Assembly: GCA_977030845.1 (NCBI GenBank)
Contig: OZ365114.1
Span: 26,412,001-26,476,000, forward strand
DNA length: 64,000 nt
DNA from: Fimbriosthenelais zetlandica
Taxonomy: Eukaryota
Direction: 5' to 3'
Shown here: positions 63,451 through 64,000 of the stretch, piece by piece
How positions within the stretch are numbered: the stretch's first letter is position 1
Layout: each line of letters starts with the position of its first letter
Made by a program: the position numbers and the translations under genes
The notes under the pieces: generated by a model
The model's database searches: none
What the model saw: the letters and a program-made list of their open reading frames with translations, nothing else
What the model was told of the DNA's origin: nothing

Positions 63451-64000
63451 TTTGACGGTTATTAGTATAGTCTCCACCCTATTGACTGCTTGCAGGTGCT
63501 TTATGTTGTTTTACTTTACCCATGCATACACGTACAGAATAATATTGTGTTTTTTTTTCAATTCTAGAAGGTTCCATATATAATGAAGACTTAAAATAAT
63601 TGAATGATTCAATTTAAAAGTAAAGATATCAATAATTGAAGATGAAAGGACATCATTTACATTAGAAAATAATTGTCCAATAAAAGTAATTAAATATGAT
63701 TAAACATCAGTCTCTATATAGAGAGTGAAAACATGTATATCAAATCTATGAAGGTCATGATATAGATTTTACTATTTACTGCTTCTATATGAATTCGATT
63801 TGAAATCCGCGTCTGGATATCATTTTCGTTTCCGGAGATCGGTTGGATCTGACCTTTCACAAGATAAACTTCCAGTCTCGAATGAGTATTAATCTATCCA
63901 CAAAGACAGATTTTTCATGCGTGACATTTTGCCAGGACTAAACACCGTCTGTTCTCATTAGAGTTTGGTGAATTTATGGAGAGTAAAAACTCCCTCTCTG

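Overview
Eukaryotic genomic DNA, roughly 40% GC. It is probably an invertebrate deuterostome such as an echinoderm; this is an inference from the TE repertoire, poly-G/poly-C runs and TAGGCCTA-rich stretches. No intact host protein-coding gene can be supported, and none of the listed ORFs is a complete gene. Much of the window is a side-by-side graveyard of very old, substitution-riddled but still colinear transposon coding remnants on both strands. They include CR1/L2-type and possibly RTE LINEs, one DIRS1-type and two Ngaro-type tyrosine-recombinase retroelements, two Penelope-like elements, a Gypsy pol, two Helitron/Helentron Rep remnants, three Academ(X)-like remnants and two MULE-like remnants. 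All were recognised by eye from degenerate family motifs, so their boundaries are approximate. The only clearly young insertion is an 844-bp TA-flanked MITE with perfect 24-bp TIRs and 16 copies of a 14-bp motif (53737-54580). Beside it lie an unexplained 184-nt Y-shaped fold-back element (54661-54844), a candidate first exon or mini-ORF on the minus strand, and a pre-miRNA-sized hairpin (55586-55645). Short CpG-rich islands carrying promoter-type motifs (CCAAT x3, CRE, E-box, ETS, YY1, RFX, TCTCGC, CTCF-like) survive between the decayed elements.
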